From: Octopus bimaculoides | Lineage: Eukaryota | Direction: 5' to 3' | Assembly: GCF_001194135.2 (NCBI RefSeq) | Contig: NC_068983.1 | Coordinates: 107,292,311 to 107,356,310, forward strand | Length of the DNA: 64,000 nt | Part shown: in pieces, positions 49,059-63,685 of the stretch | How the letters are laid out: the number at the start of each line of letters is the position of its first letter | Position numbering within the stretch: the first letter of the stretch is position 1 | Made by a program: the position numbers and the translations under genes | Notes under the pieces: generated by a model | What the model was told of the DNA's origin: nothing | The model's database searches: none | What the model saw: only the letters and a program-made list of their open reading frames with translations

Positions 49059-50129
49059 TGTGTGTATGTGCTGTCCTAGTATTTATCCTTATTAGTGCAG
49101 CATCTATTCCACTTTTTCGTTGAAGCACCCAAAATATTGCTCCAGTTGATGTGTCATTCCAACTAACTGTATAAGCTTATCACTGTTGTTTATTTATTTA
49201 CTTATTTGGAATTTAATATAATTCTTGTGATTTTCAAACCTTCACTTATTGCCACCCTATAACTCATCTATTTTTGTTATTATTGCCACATCTCTACCTC
49301 TACCAACTCTACCTACCCTTCCTACCAAAATCTTCTAGCAAATCTCCCTAGTGAAATAATTATCCATCACATTGGAACCATGTCCCTCTGAAACTTCTTG
49401 AATGCAATGCTTTCCTTGCAGAGGTCAACTTATAGAAGTTCCAACTAATCACCAATCAATAGTCAAAAGCAGGTTAATATGTTTAGTGTTGTGTGCCAAA
49501 AAGAATTTTTAGTCAATTCATAGTTAACCTGTAATGTATAAAAACTCATAAGCATTAATGACAATTATAACCAGGTAGGCAAGGGAGAGAACTCTGAAAT
49601 TTAAATTGATTAAAACTGAGTCAGCTTGACCAGTGTGCAAGAGCTCTTCCTCCATATCTTAAGCGAAAAAGCTCTGACCTTAAACTGAAAGTATATATTG
49701 GTGGATGCAGGCATGGCTGAGTGGTTAAAAGGGATTTTTTCAATCAGGAGGTACTGGAGATTAACCATTTTGGGTAGCATCTTTGCCAATGATTTTTACT
49801 ATAGCCTTAACTTGATCCAAGCGTAAAATTGTGTAGACAGAAACTGTAAGGAAACCTGTCAGAGAGTTTGTCTTTGTAATTCAAAGTTCTAGCCTTGTTT
49901 TACTCACTGTCAAACTCATTAGGCCTGTGAATTATTGTAAGGGTACATATGTCCGTAGAATACTCAGCTACTTAGCCACTAATTTAACAAGTATATACTT
50001 GAGTTGATTGAACAACTGAATATTCCTTGCCATCTCTGATCAAGGATTCATCATTAACTTATGCTAGAAGTAAACACAGCCTCCATCATTTGAAAATATG
50101 ATATGCAATATAGTTAAATAGTTATCATA

Positions 50130-50500
50130 TTGGGAAAAATGCTTAATGGCATTTTACCTGTTATTACATCCTGAGTTCAAATTCTGCTAAAGTAAACTTT
50201 GCCTTTCATCCTTCTAGGGTTAATGAAATAAGTACCAGTTGAGTGCTGGGGTTGACATAACTGACTTACACATTCCCCAAAAATTACCTGCCTTGAGCCA
50301 AAATTTGAAACCAATAAAGGTAAATAGTCTTCAATGCTTAATGAGCTGCTGATTGTCCATCTTTACGTTCTGAGTTCAAATTTTGCTGGGATTGGCTTGG
50401 CCTTTCATCCTTTTGGGGATCAATAAAATATGTACCAGTTGAACACTGGAGTTGATGTAATTGACTTACCTTCTCTCCCAAACGTGCCAAAATTTGAAAC
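50130..50500 (+). mobile_element. two tandem SINE family B copies
   Basis: CTGAGTTCAAATT...CCTTTCATCC...AAGTACCAGTTGA...AAATTTGAAACCAATA occurs twice. Confidence 0.8.
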
Positions 50501-51322
50501 CAATATTTATGATACCAAGTTAAAATTAGGAACTAGACCTGAAGTTCTCAAGAGATACTGGGAAGGATTATTATCTAGAACTGTAGTCTTTAGTAAGAAT
50601 TATGAATGAATAATTCAGTTACCTTCAAGCATAAAACTTCCCTCCCCTCACCATTATTATTTTTGTCAACATATTCATTGTTGTTATCAGTATAACTTCC
50701 TTTTTGTCTTCATCATCATCTATTATCATAACAGTTCTCTGCCTTTTACTCTTAATCCACCTTCTCATCACCATCATCACCATCATCATCACATCATAAC
50801 TTTTGTCATGAAGCGACAAAGACAAATCTATATTATAGCTGAATCTGCTCAAAATAGCAACCAAATTTTCCCAAATCATATATCTTACCATTTTAATGAA
50901 GGAAGGACAATGTTGTCCTACATATTCAAAAAGTGGCAATTGTTGCTACTTGAATGAACACCTTTGATCAATCAGGAATTAGGTTGGTCTTAACAACAAC
51001 AACATCAACAATAGCACTACTACTTCGTCAATGAATAGTGAAAGAATTCAATTTCTTATGAAGATCTAAGAAACCACTATATGGTAAAGAAGGATCTGGA
51101 CTGAGTGATTTAAACAAGCATACTCCTGAATGTACCAAAAATAAATAGATAGATAGATAAATAAATTAATTAATTAAATAAATTATGGTGAAGGTGATGA
51201 TAATAATAATAATAATAATAATGGAATACTAATACAACGTCCATTACTTAATATTGGCGTAAACCTGTCTTAGGCAAAAGAATATTAAATATCATAAATG
51301 TGCACACTATGTATGTATGTAC

Positions 51323-51353
<31 letters not shown>

Positions 51354-51718
51354 TCTATCTATCTATCTACCTATCTATCTATCTATCTATCTATCTATGT
51401 ATATATATATAGATATATATATGTATGTATATATATATATATATANNNNNNNNNNNNNNNNNNNNNNNNNNNNNNNNNNNNNNNNNNNNNNTTTATATAT
51501 ATATATATATATATATACATACATACGCACACAAACACATACATACATACACATGTATATATAAGCAATTGTATGTATTACTATATATTGAAGTGATGGA
51601 CTCATACAAGTGCATATGTCTGTTTGTGTGCAAATGTGAGTACAAGCATTTCAACCTAATACATTCATGTGCTAGATGTAAATAAATATACATATATTTA
51701 TATACACACACACACATT

Positions 51719-51766
<48 letters not shown>

Positions 51767-52007
51767 TGCATATATATATAAATACACATATGCACACACA
51801 CATACACATGCACACGAAAGTACATACCCATACACACTCCATGAATAATTTATATATTATTGTTACAAATTACAAGATTAGCAAGTCACAGGGGACCAGT
51901 TTAAACATAATACTACCATTTTTCCGAATAATATTAAATATGCATTCCCTAACGGCTGTATTTCCATCAACAGTTTACCTTCACCAATATAAACACAAGC
52001 ACACACA

Positions 52008-52061
<54 letters not shown>

Positions 52062-52126
52062 NNNNNNNNNNNNNNNNNNNNNNNNNNNNNNNNNNNNNNN
52101 NNNNNNNNNNNNNNNNNNNNNNNNNN

Positions 52127-52175
<49 letters not shown>

Positions 52176-52591
52176 CCTACATATAGAAGTGCATATATAT
52201 TTATATATTTATATATATATATGTGCATGTATATATGTATATGTGTGTGAATGAGTATATAGATTTATATATGTACCAACATACTCATAAAAATACTCAC
52301 ATGTTAATATTCACAAGAAGTATAAACACACCAACTTATAAATACATATTCACACCAATAGACAGCAAAGTAAAATAATTTGTTTGTTTGTTGACTTCTT
52401 CGTTTCTTTTCTTTCTCTTCTTCCACATGTAATGATAATTTGTTAATGTTACTAGACTGTTTATCTTTCAAACTAAGCTGTCTACTAATATAAAATGGAC
52501 ATTGTATGAAATAACTGTATATTCTAATATTCTAATTTTAACAATAGTTTTAGTTCTGTCTTATCTCTAGCTTCCAATATTATGTATTATC

Positions 52592-52657
<66 letters not shown>

Positions 52658-52869
52658 TATGTATGTATGTGTGTGTGTGTTTCTGATGGTTTAAATGTCC
52701 TGCTTCCATCCACCTATCCAGGCATACAAAGCAGAAGGTGTCAATTGTTATTGCTGTTGTTTCTCTCAATGGAAGTACCATTGTGTGCTTGCATGTTACA
52801 TGTTACACATAGCACCATTGTTACATGTTGTGGTATTTTATTTACTTTATTTTACTTTATTGACACTCC

Positions 52870-53703
52870 ATCATCTATGATAATGATGGTTTCAGCTGAT
52901 CTGATCAATAGAACTGTCTGCTTGTGAAACTAACGTGCAAGTGGCTGAGCACTCCATAGACATGCATACATTTAGTGTAAGTTCTCAGGGAGATTCAGCC
53001 TGACACAGAATGTAATAAGGTTGGCCCTTTGAAATAGAGGTACTACTAATTTTTGCCAGCTGATTGAACTGGAGCAATGTGAAATAAAGTGTCTTGCTCA
53101 AAGACACAATGTGCTACCGAGAATTGAACTCATTAAACTCATTAGACCCTTGTTTATGACTGTGCTGAATACCCCAACACTATGCCACATGCCTTCACAG
53201 GTATTTTATACTTACATACATTTATGCACAAACTTACATATGCATATACACTGTCTCTCTCTCTCACACACACACACATACACACAGACATACATGCTTA
53301 CAAACACATGATGATGGCTCTTGACCTGCTCTCATATATGAGTATGTTACTCACCCTTCTTGTTGCCTGTCATGGACTGCAACACTCCATCAGTTAATAC
53401 AACGAGTGTTCCACTTTATCTGATCAACAGAACGGCCTGCTTGTGAGATTAATGTACAAGTGGCTGAGCACTTCACAGGCACACATACCCTTAACATAGT
53501 TCTCAACGAGATTCAGCATGATACGGAATGTGATAAGGCTGGCCCTTTGAATAACAGGTACAACTCATTTTTACCAGCTGAGTGGACTGGAGTAACATGA
53601 AATAAAGAGTCTTGCTCAAGGACACAATGCACCACTGGGAAGTGAACTCATGACCATTAGATCATGAGCTGAATAGCCTGACCACTAAGCCACATGCTTT
53701 CAC
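52870..53703 (-). mobile_element. two family A-related SINE copies (52870-53200 and 53390-53703)
   Basis: Both contain CTGATCAA...GCAAGTGGCTGAGCACT...GGCCCTTTGAA...CAGCTGA.TG.ACTGGAG...CCACATGC.TTCAC. Confidence 0.8.
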
Positions 53704-54059
53704 TATTTGTCATGAACCATCATATTGACAAACATACACCAGCATAGCAAGAACAAAATTTCAACTCGTAGACACAGACCGCACTTAAGTAGAGGGTGTA
53801 GCTGTATAAGCATCCAAAGCACTATGTCCATTCTTGATTACTATCCAAAATTAAAGTAAATTATGGGAATGGTGGTATTTCATTATTGCAGGCATGTGTC
53901 ATACCCCCAAAACAAATTGCTACAATGATAAGTCAACCATCTATTTGTGATTCGAAGAAATTCAAGTTCTTACTTGTATTGGCAATAAAATGAAAACAAA
54001 AATACCAAACACATGTGCAATGCAAGCACCCTTTCTAAATAAGCAACAAGCAGAAGTGG

Positions 54060-54436
54060 CTCTAGGCACAGCAGTGGCTGTGTGGCAAGTAGCTTGCTTA
54101 CCAGCCACATGGTTTTGGGTTCAGTCCCACTGCGTGGCACCTTGGGCAAGTGTCTTCTACTATAGCCTCAGGCCAACCAAAGCCTTGTGAGTGGATTTGG
54201 TAGACGGAAACTGAAAGAAGCCTGTCGTATATATGTATATATATATATATGTATATATATANNNNNNNNNNNNNNNNNNNNNNNNNNNNNNNNNNNNNNN
54301 NNNNNNNNNNNNNNNNNNNNNNNNNNNNNNNNNNNNNNNNNNNNNNNNNNNNNNNNNNNNNNNNNNNNNNNNNNNNNNNNNNNNNNNNNNNNNNNNNNNN
54401 NNNNNNNNNNNNNNNNNNNNNNNNNNNNNNNNNNNN

Positions 54437-54481
<45 letters not shown>

Positions 54482-54690
54482 TTGTGTGTTTGTGTGTCTG
54501 TGTTTGTCACCCCACCATCGCTTGACAGCCGATGCTGGTGTGTTTACGTCCCCGTAACCTAGCGGTTCGGCACAAGAGACTGATAGAATAAGTACTAGAT
54601 TTACAAAGAATATGTCCTGGGGTCGATTTGCTCGACTAAAGGCGGTGCTCCAGCATGGCCGCAGTCAAATGACTGAAACAAGTAAAAGAG
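54060..54690 (+). mobile_element. full-length SINE family C with internal microsatellite and gap
   Basis: Head AGTGGCTGTGTGGCAAGTAGCTTGC...GGGTTCAGTCCCACTG; tail GCAGTCAAATGACTGAAACAAGTAAAAGA. Confidence 0.88.
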
Positions 54691-55603
54691 TAAGCAAAGA
54701 AAAGAAAGAATAAAAGAAGCCAAAAAACAAACAAACAAAAAAATCTCAAAGAAATGCAAAATGACCATGGGCTATAAACACTACAGATTTCATATGAGAG
54801 TATCTCCTTTTATATGTACTTAAATACATTTATAAATATGCTAATACATTCACATTCGTGTATATACACTATTGGATGGTAGTAGACACTCCTGCATTCA
54901 TTCATCATTAGATTTTATTTTTAATCCCACTGGGTGTTTAAAATCCAACCCTCTCCACCAAGGCTTCTTGGTGGATTTGCCAGTTTAATCAACAACAACA
55001 TAAACATGAAAAGATTATAATGTAACATAGTCATCTGACACTGCAGTGACATACAAGCAAATTTGATTATATATGTATTGCAAGATACACATAAGATGAT
55101 AATTTATTTTCAAATGCAGAAATGCTGTATAATAGCAGAAATATTGGGTATATTACCCTTACAAAGCAGAAAAAAATTGTCAACAACCAGCCATGGGTCT
55201 CAAACCCACATCCCTTCAAGACTCCTGCCAAGTGCTTTACCATGACAAATTAATCTGTGTTTGAAATTAAATTATCATCTTATTTAGATCTTGCAATACA
55301 CATTTCAGCACTTATAAAAAAAACAAAAAACAAAAGTTAGTTTATATTTATATACATGTAGTTATATATATATATGTAAAACAAATAATAAATGAGTATA
55401 TGCATATATACGTACAGGTATGTGCATACCTACGTCTACCTGTATATATAGGTGCATATCTGGGTACAGGACATTGCAAACAAAACGTAGACAAAATAAT
55501 AATAACCAGAGTACAGAAAACACACAAGCCACATAGAGAACATTTTCCTTCATCAGCTACCCCCATTTTAACACTGGCACATACATACATACATACATAC
55601 ATA

Positions 55604-55876
55604 CAGTGGCTCAGGAACAAAATTGCTTAGGGGGTGCAAACCCAGGTCCAAAATTTTTTACAAACAAGGTCCTGTTTTTTTTTTCTGTTATTTATTTTTG
55701 TGATTTGTTCTTTGAGAAGGAACCTAACTTCAAGCTACTTTTTACTCATCATTTTTTTATTCACTGTTTCGTAAACCTGAGAAAAATAAGTAGGGCTGCA
55801 AATTTTGGTTCTGCACTCTGCAAAAATTCTAGAGGGTGCACTTGCACCACCTGCACCCCCTGTTCCCAGGCCCATG
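55604..55876. mobile_element. probable hAT-type MITE (273 bp) inserted in (CATA)n
   Basis: Degenerate TIRs CAGTGGCTCAGGAACA / CATGGGCCTGGGAACA with subterminal GGGGGTGCA / TGCACCCCC; CATACATA on both sides. Confidence 0.65.
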
Positions 55877-56242
55877 CATACATACATATATTTTGCATAA
55901 AAACTTTGAAACACTCGCTTTCAAAGAAAAAAAGCAAAGGAAACTGATATGGATTCTCCAAATCCAATCTATTAGTGGCAATGTGAAGATTTGTAAGACA
56001 TTCCAAAAGTTCGCCATCTGAGATTCTTATGTGAATAGATGCAAACACTTGGGTGTATGCATAGACAGCTCAACCAATACACCAACTCAACCACATATTT
56101 ACAAACACGAGGAAATCTTGCTTTGTTAGCAATTGGCTTGAAATCTCTCAAGAAGAGTTTTTATTAAACTCAAAGAAAAATCACATACATGCATACATTC
56201 ATCTATACATACAAACACACATGCATGCATGCACACACAAAC

Positions 56243-56274
<32 letters not shown>

Positions 56275-56768
56275 TCATTGCACTGCTGCTTTAGTTACTA
56301 CCATTAAAAGCCTCACAAAGACTTGGCCAACAATCTTCCAAGTTGTAATTGAATGTGGAACAATTGTCTCTCAGGTTATAAATATTTCAAAGAGAATATT
56401 CCAAGGATACTGTCTATGTTTGTTTCTGTTTACTTGGCACTAAATACAATAATTTCTTTTAAAAACATACAGTAGTTATGTGTTAGGCTCTACAATAACA
56501 AGACACACCAATATAATCCATAACTTCTTTGTAGAAGAGCTAAAGGTCTATATTAGAAATATCTTTACAATGCTGGAAGCCAGCTGGATTTTGTAACACC
56601 CTAATAAAGAAATAATGTTTGATGAGAAGAAATATTCTCTTCTGATAGCTGAACATTAAAAAAACTGCTCCCTAAACACAAAATCTTTACATCAATGGTC
56701 TTCATATCTAATCTGTTCCACATAATAAGTACGTTTTGAAGAAAATATATTATAGAAAGGTGCATTTA

Positions 56769-56985
56769 CCCTTTTGTTACCAAATTTTTATTAAAATTAC
56801 ACTCTCTCTGTTTCAACTAATTTTGAAAATTGTGAAGAATTTAATAAAATAACTATATCATTATTAAGCTGGCGTTTGGAGCAGAAATCAGATTGAAATT
56901 TTGATAGATTTTAATTTAGATCAATTTCAAGAATAAGCTTGTACCATAAAACCAAGGTTTTAGTAGCTCTTTAGTAGTAGAAGGG
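56769..56985. mobile_element. piggyBac-type MITE related to 5313-5534
   Basis: TTTA|CCCTTTTGTTACC ... AGAAGGG|TTAG; internal ATCATTA..AAGCT.G.GTT.GGA similarity. Confidence 0.65.
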
Positions 56986-57522
56986 TTAGTGTCCTTTAGA
57001 CAAAGACAATGTAGCTTTAAACCTCCCAAGATGTGATAGAAAATTACGATTATATCACATTTCTGCAGAAGGCATTACACATGGGATCTGCAGCTGTTCA
57101 AAAATGTCAAGGTACTACCTTCCTATACAACGTGATATTGCTAAAATAATATGTAATGCTGTTGTTCAGAGGAAAAATTACTGTAGGATATATATATATA
57201 TATAGAAAATATATTGTTGAATAAATACATAAATCAACAAAAGGAATATTTGTGGAAAATTCCAATCAAAACTTCTACCAAATATAAACAGGCCCAATGT
57301 AGTTGTTTGGGGAAGAAAAGGAAATCATGTAGTCATAGAGTTAATCGCTTAACAAGTCTGAACATTTCTTTCAAAATTGGTGAGAAAGAGAATATTGACA
57401 GGGAAATTCTTTGAAATCTACAGCTTCTCTACTCAGATTATAAATTCATGTATTTACAGCTATAATTATTGGTGCCTTTGGTTATGGCATTACTTATCTA
57501 TGTGATAATCTATGGTTTTCAG

Positions 57523-57566
57523 GCAAAGAAAGGGACCAGTGAAAATGCACTTTACAGATAGAAACT
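57523..57566 (+). CDS. candidate 44-nt exon (QRKGPVKMHFTDRN)
   Basis: ggttttcag acceptor and T|gtaagt donor; one fully open frame. Confidence 0.18.
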
Positions 57567-58030
57567 GTAAGTAGAACAGTAAAATTATTAAAGATTCTTT
57601 TACTGTTCAACATGTAACATGTCATTTTTTATAATCCAAGTTCAATTGATGGAACTTATTTTTCTTTGTCAGAATTCAGCTTCTTCCTTATAGGAAGAAT
57701 TCAAAAATTAATTAAAAAGGAAAATAACATACATCTATGCATAGATACAAGTACACATAACAGATGCATACAGATATAAGTCAGTCGTGTCAGCAGAGCT
57801 GATGGTTCATTCTTTTATGTAATGAATACTACCCATAAAACACTTATCATTATTACAAATCTAGCAAAATATATAAAAAAGGAAAAAAGGGTTATCTTCT
57901 TTAGATAAAAGCAGAGAAGTGTCTTTTTCAGAGAAAATGCTGGCAGTAATAAAGCAGTAAAATTAAATAACATGTGTATTACTATGATATATGTCATGTG
58001 AAGTCAGGAAATCAGGGTCACTTATTGCAG

Positions 58031-58105
58031 GTTGTCAAAATATCAAGAGAAATTTTTGTAAACAGGATTGAATTTGGATTGATACCGATTCTGCAAAAAG
58101 GTCAG
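58031..58105 (+). CDS. candidate 75-nt exon (VVKISREIFVNRIEFGLIPILQKGQ)
   Basis: cttattgcag acceptor and consensus CAG|gtaaga donor; single open frame, phase 0 to 0. Confidence 0.22.
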
Positions 58106-59289
58106 GTAAGATCCTTCAATCAATTTCATGAAAAGGATGAAGAACTATTTGGATGTAAAATACTCCATTTACCCCCATTTCTGTGCAAAGTAATTGAGTC
58201 AGCAAGTTACATTTGTTGAGAAAATGTATGCTGCTATATCTAGCCAAATCAGCAATCTAAAATGCAGAGTAGATAATAGTATTGATAACCTATTAGATTT
58301 TGCCCTTGAGAAAATTGCTAAAAGCATGAAGTGTAACCAAAATAAAAACAATAATAATAACACAAACACATAACTGCCACCATCACATGGACATGCTTAG
58401 GAATAAATAGAAATGAGTGAAGGGTACAAACAGCTCAAAATACCGTTCACAGTAAAATTTAAAGAAAACTTCTCTGGTTACATCAACAATCCATAAAATG
58501 AAAAAATTATTATGACAGGAAACCTTGAACCACTCATTGCTATTCTGTTATTCTTGTTTGTTCTAGTTGTTACTGAACACCTAACATAAATTGAAGCTTC
58601 CAGTTTTGGACATTGAATATCCTAGTGCTGCAAATTAACATTTACTGAAAGATGCAAATAATGGAGATTGATCAAAATGATAACACACAATCATAATGAA
58701 TTGCCTCTCTCAGAAAACAACATCGACAAATTGCATAAAAACATCAGATAATTGTATACAATATTGAGGTGAAGGATTTATTCATGAACCATCAGATAGA
58801 CTATCCAAAATTTACGTGAATTGCGATCAAGAAATTCTTCTGTGTATTCTAATATTCAAATATAAGTTATGAACAATAAGTAAATTGTTATTGTTAGAAA
58901 TGACAAGAATATAGGACTATCAAATATAGTTTTATGTTAAGCTCACAAAATGTATAACACAGCAAGAAAAGTTATGCCATTAAGTTTGAAAAAATGCTCT
59001 CTTCAGAAATGATGTAGAGTCTCTATGTGATTGAATCTAGAATGTAAATAGGCAGCACAACCACAATGCAATAAATGTAAAGGAGCAATGAAGTGAGTAC
59101 AATGTAATAAATGGTTATATATGTTTTAGAACATATGACATCATCAGTGAAGCAATCCTGAGAGTTGTTGCAAATCTGTAAATGAAAAATCATGTGGGAG
59201 GGACCAGATAGTCAATTATTTCTATAGGAAGATCATGCCTTGCAAGAAAACTCTCATCAACCTCTCACCTGGCAGAAAGCCACTTCCCT

Positions 59290-59575
59290 TTCTATCACTA
59301 CCTCTCCCAGCTGAGAGGTCTTTGTCTTGTAAGTTACTTGGCTACCCTACTGGTGTTGGTGCCACATAACAAGTACCAGTGATGGTGCCACATAAGAAGC
59401 ATCCAGTACACTCTGTAAAGTGGTTGGTGTTAAGAAAGGCATCCAGCCCTAGAAACCATACCAAAGCAGACAATACAGCCTGGTGCTGCTCTCTGGCTTG
59501 TCAGCTCCTGTCAAACCGGCCAACCCATGCCAGCATGGAAGATGGACATTAAATAATAATGATGAAGAAGTGATG
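59290..59575 (+). mobile_element. decayed SINE family D / RTE-tail repeat
   Basis: GGCATCCAGC...AACCCATGCCAGCATGGAAGATGGACATTAAATAATAATGATG. Confidence 0.65.
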
Positions 59576-59799
59576 CTGAACACAATGTAACATACTAGTT
59601 GATGCATGGACTTATCTACAGATGTCGAAAAAAAAAATCATAGGCCCATAGCATGTTTTTTAAGCATATTTAAACTGTACACTAGCCACTTGAATGTGTG
59701 TCTCTGAGATACAGGCAGAGCAAACAATATTCTGGCTGATGGACAGATAGGAGCAAAGAAAGGAGTTTTGGGTTGTGCTGAACAATTCTTTATCAACAG

Positions 59800-61560
59800 A
59801 CCTGTCTGTGAGAAAGTACAGCAATGCCACCGAATTCTAGAATATAAGAAGGCATTTAAATACGTCCATCCTTCAAAGATTCTGCTATAGCTAATGCTAT
59901 TGCAAGATTGATCACAATGTGGTCTACACAGCTATCATTAAAGACTGAAGTAACTACTCTAGTCACAAACAGAATTAGATTATGAATGGGTATATATATA
60001 CTAGGGTAACAGCTTGTTTATACTATTGCTTGTCCTGATCTGACTGAAAAAATACTAATGATGTGTCTGGATCTGCAGAATTAATGTTATCCACACCTTT
60101 TCATTAATTATCTGAAGCTTTAATCATGAAATATTCACGACAGCAAAAGACTGAGTAATTTGCAACATTCTTAAGGGATATGCAAATGGAATTTTGGTCA
60201 AGATAAATACTCATATTCAATAGCCAGTTTCAACAGTGTGTGGCTCATCAGGAGAATGAAAACATGAACTTCACAGTAGATAAGAATTTTTGTTTGAATG
60301 CTGAGATGGATATTATTTAGGTAGACATACTTTCTGAGTTTTGCAAAGTTTGTATCTTCACGTTTGAGGTAGCTGTAGATTTTCTCAACCAATATGAAGC
60401 TTCTAGAGATACTGCTGCTTAGGCAGAGACAAATATTGCAATTGTACCGAGAAAATGAAAAAGGTCGATGGTACGTTGTGTTATTAATAGATAGTCTCTG
60501 TTTTATTTCAAGCCAGTTCTTTCATATAATGGTTTCTAAGTTTTGTACAAGGCCAGCAATTTCGGGGAAGGGTAAGTTGATTACATGAACCCCAGTGCTC
60601 AACTGGTACTCATTTTATCGACCTCAAAAGGATTAAATGCAAAGTTGACCTTGATAGAATTTGAACTCAGAACATAAACATGGATGAGATGCTGCTAAGC
60701 ATTTTCCCCAAAGTATTAACAATTCTGCCAGCTCTCTGCCATTATTCTTTTATATAATAGCTGTAGAGGCAATGTTTTGTAGGACTTCTAAAATGTGATC
60801 TAGCAGGGTACAATCCTAAATTCTTTAGTACAGTGGTCTGCCTACATTAGATCTTGGTGGTGATTTGTAGTCTTCTAATGTTTAGGAGGCTCATTGAAAT
60901 CAGAATTTAAATAGCTCTTTTTTCCAATTTCCCACATAAAATTGTGATCACACAGATAGAGATATTGAATAGTACAGGAATTAGCATGCAGCCTATCCAG
61001 TCTCACAACAAACAATGCAAATCATCATTTCTGTGGAATTGGCAGAGAAGGTTCTCAGATTTTGGGTGGGCACTCCAAAGAAATTCCTTTTTATGCTTTT
61101 GACAGATAAAAGAACAATAAACATGTCTTGTTATTGCCAGTTTTTAAAGTTTTGACAGCAACTTTAACATTGCTAAAGGTCAGTGACTTGTAAAGTTGGT
61201 AAACGATGCACATTATTTAAATTTCCTCCATTACTGCTAAGTAAACTAGTTTAGCAACAGGTTGAAGTGTTTCACCAAGGCCCTTATATATTTGACTGTT
61301 CTTTGAACAGAGATGTGCCATCCACTAACTTGATGGATGATATAGAACAGTTCTTGGGGAAGAAGAATGTTTATTGATTCATAATAGCAGTTACGCACTA
61401 GGAACAATATTATCAAATGCTGAAAAGTTACTGGCTTTGGGTCAAAAAAAAATACAGTAGGATCAGTTATGATTTTATTCAACATATTACCCTCTCAGAT
61501 CCATACACTTACTGCAGTGGTAAAATAGGGGCCATTATTCATTTCATGATTACTTTTAAT
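59800..61560 (-). mobile_element. old RTE LINE RT relic split by a family B SINE
   Basis: FYLSKA...ECPPKI (DL.KAFD...GCPPK), VR..GCMLIPVLFNI (GVRQGC.L.P.LFNI) and NFAKLRKYVYLNNIHLSIQTKILIY (FGRLRK.VW.N..IS..TK..VY). Confidence 0.6.
60530..60742 (-). mobile_element. SINE family B inserted in the RTE relic
   Basis: CCCCAGTGCTCAACTGGTACTCATTTTATCGACC...GAATTTGAACTCAGAAC...AATTCTGCCAGCTC. Confidence 0.82.
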
Positions 61561-63146
61561 AAGATTATCTATTTGCAGTATCTTTCAACTCATGTCAACA
61601 AAGAAAATAAAGACATACACCTGTAAGTTGGCCGCATTCACATGACTGAAACAAATAAAAGAATATGTATGTATTCATATATACAAGCACATTGCTATGT
61701 ATGTATGTAGGTATGTATGTATATATATATACATATATACACATGCATATACACATATACATATATACAACCCCTCCCCCGCATGTACAGAGAGTAGAGA
61801 GCAAGTGATAGGATAAAAATATAGATATAAATATAAGCATATATTCATATGTGATGTGTGTATGAATGTATATATTAAGTGCATAATTGTATGATCCAAA
61901 TTCCAAAATTTTATAAAGAAATAATATTTGGAATATTCTCAAGTGAGTAATGATTTTTTAAAAATTTTATTTATTTCATTTTATTTTTTTTTTCGGTTAG
62001 TTCATTTTATGAAATCAATGACCTTATATATTTCTGAGAAGAGGAAAGATTAAAACTTTTGTTCTTTCTTTATTTTTATTTATCTATTTACCTTTTTGCA
62101 TACCTTCTGGCTTTGATTTTGATGATTGATTATGAAAAATAAGAAGTTAAAGCTCAGATGAATCTTTCTGAATTGTATAAACAACACGAGTGATTTCTAA
62201 AAGCTTCATATAGCATCAAAATTGGAGTAGTTCATTAAATGCTTCTTCTGAAGAAGTACTATAGTATTTTCATATGAAAAAAAAAAAGGCCTACCATTAA
62301 GTTTTGTTTACTGCATGGTCCACATTGGTAAAGGAATGATATTATCACTGGGTCATATATGAAACATAATGTCATGAGAAATACATTATAATATCTGTAG
62401 CAAATTTAATCTTATCTTCAAAACATTAAAGCTTCCCTTTAGGTATTGCATGCTTAGAAACCAAATAAGATAATTTTCTTTGAAGTTTTCTGTCTGCCTT
62501 CATATTTTTACACAATGATAAAAATCTATCGGACTGATAACATAAAAGCTGAAAATAGCAACTTTCAATCTATTGCTGCATTTTGCTTTGGGGAAAGCCA
62601 TCATCATATTTTATACTGGAGCAAGTAACTTTTCCATAGAGATAAAAATTGTGAATAGGTTACCATGGAGTAAGAAGTAAGACTCTTCTAGTGGAATGGT
62701 AAAAAGTAAATGAATAAATAAAATAAATGAATAAATAAATGAGTAAATACACAACAAAAGGAAAGTTTTACTGTTGCTATTAATGCTGTTGTTGAAAATA
62801 TTGATGACGATGATGAGGATTGTGATATAGCCGTAATATTAAATATAATACAAAATATATCATTGACTTCTTAATGCCAGCTTCTTTCTTTCTTTCTTTC
62901 TTTNNNNNNNNNNNNNNNNNNNNNNNNNNNNNNNNNNNNNNNNNNNNNNNNNNNNNNNNNNNNNNNNNNNNNNNNNNNNNNNNNNNNNNNNNNNNNNNNN
63001 NNNNNNNNNNNNNNNNNNNNNNNNNNNNNNNNNNNNNNNNNNNNNNNNNNNNNNNNNNNNNNNNNNNNNNNNNNNNNNNNNNNNNNNNNNNNCACACACA
63101 CATGCATACACATATTTATTTATATATATATGTGTATATATATATA

Positions 63147-63197
<51 letters not shown>

Positions 63198-63685
63198 CAC
63201 TTTAGGGTTTCGTACATGGAATACACGGACTTCTATATTTCTGTAAAAGCAATTTATGCCAACAACCTTAGTCTGATATGTTTGTCCTGAAATAATTCCT
63301 TAATACCAATATCAGTTGAATTTTGCAAAGATGTGACTTGTATATGATTCCGATAACAAAAGTCAACCAACTGAAACCAGGCTTAGAAATACAGAAATCT
63401 ATATATTTCCACAAACTAATGTATTTTTAACAATAAGTTGCTTCATAAAGATAGCTTTTTGAGGTTTGTAAATCTGTAAATATATTACTTTTTATGTATT
63501 GTGTTGTATGCATGTGCACATATGCATATTTGTGCATGCATGTATGTATGTGTCTGTATTTAGGTATCTATCTATCTATCTATCTACCTGTTTATCTATT
63601 AGCCAGCATGGAAAGCAGATGTTAAATGATGATGATGACGATGATAATACACATATTATTTTATAAGCTTACAGCATAAAAGCAT

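Noticed and set aside
49200-49660. Possible L1 endonuclease relic on minus
   Set aside because: Only a faint resemblance to RID.IF; too degraded to call.
60379-60470. Plus-strand exon candidate IFSTNMKLLEILLLRQRQILQLYRENEKGRW
   Set aside because: Also antisense to the RTE relic, with a poor acceptor.
61261-61377. Plus-strand exon-like frame VEVFHQGPYIFDCSLNRDVPSTNLMDDIEQFLGKKNVY*
   Set aside because: It lies antisense within the RTE relic, so the openness is probably inherited from the LINE frame.
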